Assembly: GCA_964016885.1 (NCBI GenBank)
Contig: OZ024740.1
Coordinates: forward strand, 18,724,001 to 18,788,000
Length of the DNA: 64,000 nucleotides
From: Eledone cirrhosa
Lineage: Eukaryota
Direction: 5' to 3'
Shown here in pieces: positions 57,650-64,000 of this stretch (position 1 is the first letter of the stretch; each line of letters starts with the position of its first letter). Under the pieces are notes generated by a model. It saw only the letters and a list, made by a program, of their open reading frames with translations, did not search any database and was not told the DNA's origin. Both the position numbers and the translations under genes were made by a program.

Positions 57650-57651
<2 letters not shown>

Positions 57652-57840
57652 CGAAGGAAATGTGGTAAGGAACCAGATGGAACATAACGCACCAAAGTAC
57701 TCAATACTTAGGGTAGTAGAGTGGGTAATAGGAACAAGTATGACCCCGACGGCAGAGCTCAAACCGTTTCGACGGCTAATTCTGGACAGAATTAGCCGTC
57801 GAAACGGCTTGAGCTCTGCCGTCGGGGTCATACTTGTTCC
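57650..57840 (-). mobile_element. Family A fold-back mini-element
   Basis: Same arms and tail, 50 bp from an exon donor. Another copy begins at 63955 and runs off the window. Confidence 0.85.
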
Positions 57841-57889
57841 TATATATATATAAGTATATCACATTCAATATGAAGAACCGTACACTCAC

Positions 57890-58116
57890 ATGCATTTCCA
57901 AGTAGAATTGGTAGGACAGTTGCTAAGCAAGATACTCCTCCGACAACCATTGTTAGAATTTGCAATTTCTTTCTTCCGAGGCGATCCAAGAAGACAATGC
58001 AGAATATATAAGCTGGAATTTCTACGCTGGCACCCAGAGAAAAGTTTACGAAGACATCGCCCCCGAGATCCTGGCTGTTTAGAGCAAGACCAAAATAAAC
58101 GACACTGACAGAAATC
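57890..58116 (-). CDS. SLC22-like gene, coding exon
   Basis: Flanked by tttttag| and |gtgagt; 227 nt. Translates ISVSVVYFGLALNSQDLGGDVFVNFSLGASVEIPAYIFCIVFLDRLGRKKLQILTMVVGGVSCLATVLPILLGNA (VEIPA and DRLGRK motifs). Not present as a minus-strand ORF in the supplied track. Confidence 0.93.
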
Positions 58117-58477
58117 CTAAAAAAAAAAGAGAAGAAAAATGAAATAAAATATTTGATCTCGTTGTGGTCGCAATAAGTGCCATTTTACAAGGGCGGTGCC
58201 CCAGCATGGCCTCAGCCGGATGGCTGGAACAGGTAAAAGAGTAAAAGAGTAAAAGAATAAAAGAGTATAGGTTTTTAATTTAGGCACAAGGCCAGAAAAT
58301 GTGGGGTTAGGGCAAAATGAAATCAACTTCAGTACTTCACTGGTATTTGTTCGACTCTGGGAAAGATGACGTCGGCCGGGTTTGAACTCAGAATGTTAAA
58401 AGTCAGAACATTACCGCAATAACAATTTATCCGACGCTCTACTGACTCTGCCAGTTCACCACCATTAATGATTTTTA

Positions 58478-58683
58478 ATTTAGGCACAAGACCAGACAAT
58501 TTGAGGTAATGGCAAAATCGATTAAATCAATCTCCAGTGCATTACCAGTACTTTATTTTATCGATCCCGTAAGGATGAAAGACAAAGCTAACCTTGGTAG
58601 GATTTGTAATCAGATCGTAAAGGGCCATAACTCTATGCCGCTAAGCATGTTGTCCGACGCTCTACCTCTTCTGCCAATCCACC
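58478..58683 (-). mobile_element. tRNA-derived SINE, family 1 (intronic)
   Basis: Same body; tandem with an older copy at about 58270-58460. Confidence 0.7.
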
Positions 58684-58730
58684 GAATTATAAATAAACAA
58701 ATAAATAAAAAGAAAGAAATTGTGACTGAC

Positions 58731-58943
58731 CAGCAAAAACACATAATGGCGCACCAACAAGTAAGTTTCCTGGATGTGAAAACCTTCCAGAATTGAACTT
58801 TCTCCGTCGTTTCATTTGAGATCTCTGTGTAATATTCTACCGGAATCTCCGTTTTATTTACTCTCGCTATACGCTGGATAATCTTGTCAGCTTCGTCTAA
58901 TCGGCCGGCACTTATCAGCCAACGAGGGGATTCAGGGATTAAA
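58731..58943 (-). CDS. SLC22-like gene, coding exon (PESPRWL loop)
   Basis: Flanked by tttcag| and |gtcagt; 213 nt. Translates LIPESPRWLISAGRLDEADKIIQRIARVNK...KLTCWCAIMCFCW; phases match both neighbouring exons. Confidence 0.93.
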
Positions 58944-59120
58944 CTGAAACGTTGAAACAAATATTTGAAATGGTATTGTAATTTAAAACAATGTAGCAGT
59001 CTGCCACTACCTCCGTCTCTCGGTCAAACACATAGAACACACTTTTTCCTCTTTGTTTTTCTTTTCTTATTTCCTTAAAGCTTACCATCATCCCGTTGGT
59101 GTACATCTATTACGTAATTT

Positions 59121-59178
59121 ACACCTGATGAAGTCACCGGGTCCTTACGCAACCTGGCCACTGAAATGTGCATAGTGT
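59121..59178 (+). ncRNA. Minimal hammerhead motif, relative of 1165-1222
   Basis: ACAC-CTGATGA-AGT...ACT-GAAA-TGTGCA-TA-GTGT. Stem I covaries with the 1165 copy (ATAC/GTAT), and both share downstream gcctcctgtcatttca. Confidence 0.72.
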
Positions 59179-59371
59179 TTACAGTAATAAAAAAGAATTA
59201 AGGAAATTCAACATATTTGGCCTCCTGTCATTTCACGTTCCCACACACAACATGATTCAACATTGAAGATGAATGAGTTGCATAACGTCGGGTGCTTTTT
59301 TTCATATTACGTTATGATTAACATTGCAGAAGGACCAATTCTACCCAATGGTAAACCACCAAATTTAAACG

Positions 59372-59449
<78 letters not shown>

Positions 59450-59451
59450 TG

Positions 59452-59492
<41 letters not shown>

Positions 59493-59914
59493 GTGTGTGT
59501 GTGCGTGTGTGTGCGTGTGTGTGTGTGTGTGTGTATGTTTGCATTTATGTATATCTAATTCTCTCACTAATTATTGGCTACGCCGGGGCTATGATGGTAT
59601 ACATTTGCCAAAAATACCGCAGCGGGATCGAATCTGGAACAGTTAGATTGCGAAACGTACGTCTTATTCACACGGCTGCTGTAGTTACTATTGATGTGGT
59701 AGATATGTTGGGTGATGTAGTATAGTAATATAGAAGCAGCAGTTATGTATCAACAGATAGCTTACATAAAGTACATACATTGCTGGCAGCCTAAATATCG
59801 AATATCATCTTCACCCACCACCACACCACTACACCCTCTTTCTCTCTAAATAAACCTCTAAATTTGTCTTCTCTGAATTCCGGCATGTTTTGGAATAAAC
59901 ATATTATCGATATG

Positions 59915-59917
59915 ATC

Positions 59918-59948
<31 letters not shown>

Positions 59949-59956
59949 CCACCACT

Positions 59957-59990
<34 letters not shown>

Positions 59991-60390
59991 CCACCACCAC
60001 CACCACCACCACCACCACCAGCAACATCGGCATCATTACCACCACCACCACCAGCACCACCACCCTCACCACCACTACCACTACCACTACCACCACCACC
60101 ACCACAACAACAACTAGATCACCTTTATCATCATCATCATCGGCAACATCAGCAATACTACTACGACTACAGTAACAAATAATACTACCATCAACAAGTT
60201 CAACTGAAATAACAGCCCACCATGTAGAAGTAAAAAGACAAAACACAACAAACAGAACAACAAAAAAAACAGTAACAACAACAACATCAACATCAGCAGC
60301 ATCAACAACAACAACAACAACATCAACATCAGCAGCATCAACAACAACAATAACAGCAATAACATCAGCAGCAACAATAGCAACAATGAC
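59915..60390. repeat. Compound trinucleotide microsatellite (CAC/CAG/CAT/CAA)
   Basis: Intronic runs producing poly-T/S/V pseudo-ORFs. Confidence 0.85.
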
Positions 60391-60398
60391 ATCAGCGT

Positions 60399-60545
60399 TA
60401 AGGCACATGGCTTAGTGGTTAGAGCATTGGCCTTGCAATCGAAAGGTTGTGAGTTCAATTCTCAGACCGGGTGATGTGTTGTTTCCTTGAACAAGACACT
60501 TTATTTCACAATGCTCCAGTTTATTCAGCTGTAGAAATGAGATGA
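60399..60545 (+). mobile_element. tRNA-derived SINE, family 2
   Basis: tggcttagtggttagagc (A box), gagttcaattc (B box), then tccttgaacaagacactttatttcac. Related copies on the minus strand at about 47205-47425 and 52715-52912. Confidence 0.75.
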
Positions 60546-60913
60546 TAGGACCGGGGTCCCTATCATTAAATCACCCAAGACACCTCCAACGAGATATACC
60601 TTGGAGGAGGCCAGCTAAACCTGCAGAGGTCTGAGCTGTTACACACACATCAACAACAACAATAACAGCAATAACATCAGCAGCATCAACAACAACAGTA
60701 GCAACAATATTAATAAGTGGAGTGTGTAAGGGCAAGAATAGATTTATAGAATGTTGTAAAGACGAACAGATTTGAAAGTATTCCAGGGTTACGGTAGAGT
60801 CATGTATACTGACTTACAGACCTTATCTCTCCTGATAAGAAAATAAATTATTTCTACACATTCAGTTCTAACGTTATCAGCACCACCATAAACAGGTGGA
60901 TACCAGTATACAA

Positions 60914-60951
<38 letters not shown>

Positions 60952-61642
60952 CACATTTTCGGATGGCCGTTGACTCTTATGAGTTCTTCCGCCCTTTGTC
61001 AAGTTTTGTTTTTTTGTCCTGCAGGATGTCCAAAATCACCCTCCTCACCAAGTAAATTTGGTGGGATTGCCGGGTTAGTCGCCAACGACCCGACCATGTG
61101 TAAATATGTATGTACACATGTACATATGTATGTATATTCGCGGGGACATAGAAATTGTCAGGCTGGATACCCGATCGCGCGGTTAAACCACTGGGAGCGA
61201 AGGGCCCCTAGCCTTTGTCAGGGCACTCTTCTAGGAGAGGGGAAGGCAACTCAGGAAACTGAGATAACTCCAACATAAAACCTACGGCCCAGTAGTTACC
61301 GATGATGTTGATATTTTCTTCTTTTCGGGTTATAGCTACTGTCGCTCAGAGAGTGGGATTGGCTCAGTGGACAGTCTTTCCTCACTTTAAAAGAAATCTT
61401 AAAAGTCCTCTTGTATTTTTTTTCTTTTATTAGCAGGAGTCAAATTACCGACTACTGTTGACAGGTACTTTTTTTTATCGACCTAAAGTGGATCTCGGCG
61501 GGATTTGACCTGAGAGAGTAGAAAGCATTCTAACGACTCTGTCAACTCGCCGCCTATATATACAATATGAATAATTTAAATGAAATAAATTTAATAAGAA
61601 ATTACTTTGTTATTTCAATAAAGGTAAAGAAAAAATTCTTAC

Positions 61643-61814
61643 AGGTAATATGACGCTGAGAAGAAGAAAGATGGAATGGATATCACAGTGGTGAGCAGTC
61701 TCCAATTATCGAATAAATACGCCAAACCACATAGGATCAATAAACCAACGGAGAAAAAAGCTTGTTCTATGATGCCAATGAAGGTTCTGTATTTCAAGCC
61801 AACTATTTCTGTTG
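61643..61814 (-). CDS. SLC22/organic cation transporter-like (MFS) gene, internal coding exon (first in window)
   Basis: Flanked by ctttag| and |gtaag; 172 nt, phase 1 to 2. Translates TEIVGLKYRTFIGIIEQAFFSVGLLILCGLAYLFDNWRLLTTVISIPSFFFSASYY, with the SLC22-type E-x-x-G/P-x-x-x-R and WR motifs. Confidence 0.9.
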
Positions 61815-62012
61815 CTAAAGTGGAAAAAAGAAAATATACATATAAAATATTGTCCTATAAAAGTTGTGTAATTCTTGTAGACAATAAAATAATATATTAT
61901 TGTTATTGCCGTACAGTAACGAAATAACGTACAGTATAATAATAATTCTATGTAAAATATATAATTTAAAATACATTAAATAAAATGTAAAAAAAAAAAA
62001 AAAAAAAAAAAA

Positions 62013-62074
<62 letters not shown>

Positions 62075-62191
62075 GAATAGATAAAAATAATAGTAAAATA
62101 AAGACTTGAATAAAATAAGATAAAAAATATTTTAACGAAACAAAGATTGAAAATTATAAACAAAAGAGAAAGCTTAGATCTATTTTCTTTT

Positions 62192-62262
<71 letters not shown>

Positions 62263-62309
62263 GTATGTATATACATATATATATATGTATATGCATATAT
62301 ATATATATG

Positions 62310-62345
<36 letters not shown>

Positions 62346-62407
62346 TATATATATGTATGTATATATATATATATATACATATAAATGTATATATATATAT
62401 ATACATG

Positions 62408-62464
<57 letters not shown>

Positions 62465-63047
62465 GTTTTCCGAGTTGATTGTCGTTCTCTCGGCGTTTTC
62501 CGGTGTAATGTTAATATCGGTTCCTTTGTTATGTTCAGAATGGATTTTGCTAGCTTCGTAGTAAGAAGAGTTCATAGAAACTGCTGCTGCTGTTGGTGGT
62601 GGTGGTGGTCGTCGTCTGCGTCGGTATAACCTAATTGTTTCTACGTTAGGCACAAGGCCAGCAATTACCCAGTGTATTACTGGTACTTTATTTTATCGAC
62701 CCCGTAAGGATGAAAGACAAAGTTAACCTCGGCAATATGAAGCGAAGTTCGTAAGTTTCGGAAAGTTTGTATGCTATGAGGAAAAGAGGAATCTCTGAGA
62801 TGAAGGAACGGAATGTAAACATTAAATTCTACTCCTCCTCACTGCATACGAACTCATCCAAACCAAACAACTTCCTTTTAACTTTAGGTTTCTTCATTCC
62901 GAATTCTTAAACATATGATTTGAATCGTTATTTTTGACATAATCTGTTTGCATTCCAAGTGTCATAATTCTTGTACTATAATGACTTTAAAGGATGAGAA
63001 ATTTAAAACCCCTGGCATGGGATGAAATGCAGAGGTAAACATTAAAG

Positions 63048-63139
<92 letters not shown>

Positions 63140-63140
63140 A

Positions 63141-63183
<43 letters not shown>

Positions 63184-63184
63184 A

Positions 63185-63252
<68 letters not shown>

Positions 63253-63357
63253 GCGAAGGATAGGCGGCTTGTTTCAAACAAGTTAATTTTGTTTATATAT
63301 ATAATGTATATATATAATCTATTTTACGCTTTTACCTGTTCCAGCCATCCGGCTGAG

Positions 63358-63424
<67 letters not shown>

Positions 63425-63913
63425 ATATAGACTTCTAGGATCAGTGAAGGAACGATTCTGTCAGTTTCATTTGAACTCCATCAGTGAACTACACTGTAAA
63501 TAAACATATCGGCGAAGCGCAGTTTATGAGCACAAACTGGTCGGTTGGCCGTGACTGCGACAATCAAAAACAACCATTGTTCACTGGTAGAGTGCAAATA
63601 AAACTGACTGTATCACACCTTCATTTATTCCATGAAGAATACATAAATATATTTGCTTCTATTTTTATATATCGAGGGCTCATTCCTTTGTCAATAAGGA
63701 AAGAGCAGTTCCTATAACTCTTTTCCGGACTTCGAAGATTAATTGGTGCTGTTTCTTCTAAAGGAAATCACCAGGAAAGCTTTCATGATGATTTCTTTTG
63801 AATGAAACAGTGTTAGTCCGGTTGAAGCCATTTCTGTATTAAATATGATGTTTACACTCTACTAATGTATTGAGTACATAAATAACTATGGTTACCCCCG
63901 ATTGAGCCGGGGA

Positions 63914-63956
<43 letters not shown>

Positions 63957-64000
63957 CAAAGGAATTGTGGTAAGGAACCAGATGGACCATAACGCACCAG

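Noticed and set aside
59791-60458. Mucin-like or poly-V/L ORFs
   Set aside because: Compound trinucleotide microsatellite inside an intron, with no splice or domain support.
60399-60470. tRNA gene
   Set aside because: A/B boxes are present but the acceptor stem does not close, and the sequence continues into a SINE body.
60965-61400. RTE-like 5' UTR possibly holding an HDV-like ribozyme
   Set aside because: Only a vague resemblance (ctaggagaggggaaggcaactc); I could not assemble the nested double pseudoknot by eye.

Overview
Eukaryotic, AT-rich, microsatellite-saturated animal DNA. It is most likely from an octopod cephalopod (inference from the SINE and microsatellite landscape). The only host gene I can support is an SLC22/organic-cation-transporter-like MFS gene on the minus strand: five confident coding exons at 61814-31999 and a probable short terminal exon at 31929-31881, with upstream exons outside the window. 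The rest is mobile or repetitive DNA: a full-length but frameshifted Ty3/Gypsy LTR element (264-bp LTRs, PBS, -1 frameshift signal), a decayed CR1/L2-group LINE, RTE and CRE fragments, a decayed autonomous Helitron and a non-autonomous one, mariner MITEs, tRNA-derived SINEs, a degenerate tRNA-Ile(AAT), and satellites. The most striking pattern is that nearly every (TA)n tract hosts a short asymmetric head-to-head (fold-back) insert derived from the 3' end of Penelope-like retroelements, from well over ten families. Many of these carry minimal hammerhead ribozyme motifs, including non-canonical cores supported by covariation. In several families the head-to-head junction lies in or beside ribozyme stem II. 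Nearly all other ORFs in the supplied track are microsatellite artefacts. All coordinates and folds were read by eye.
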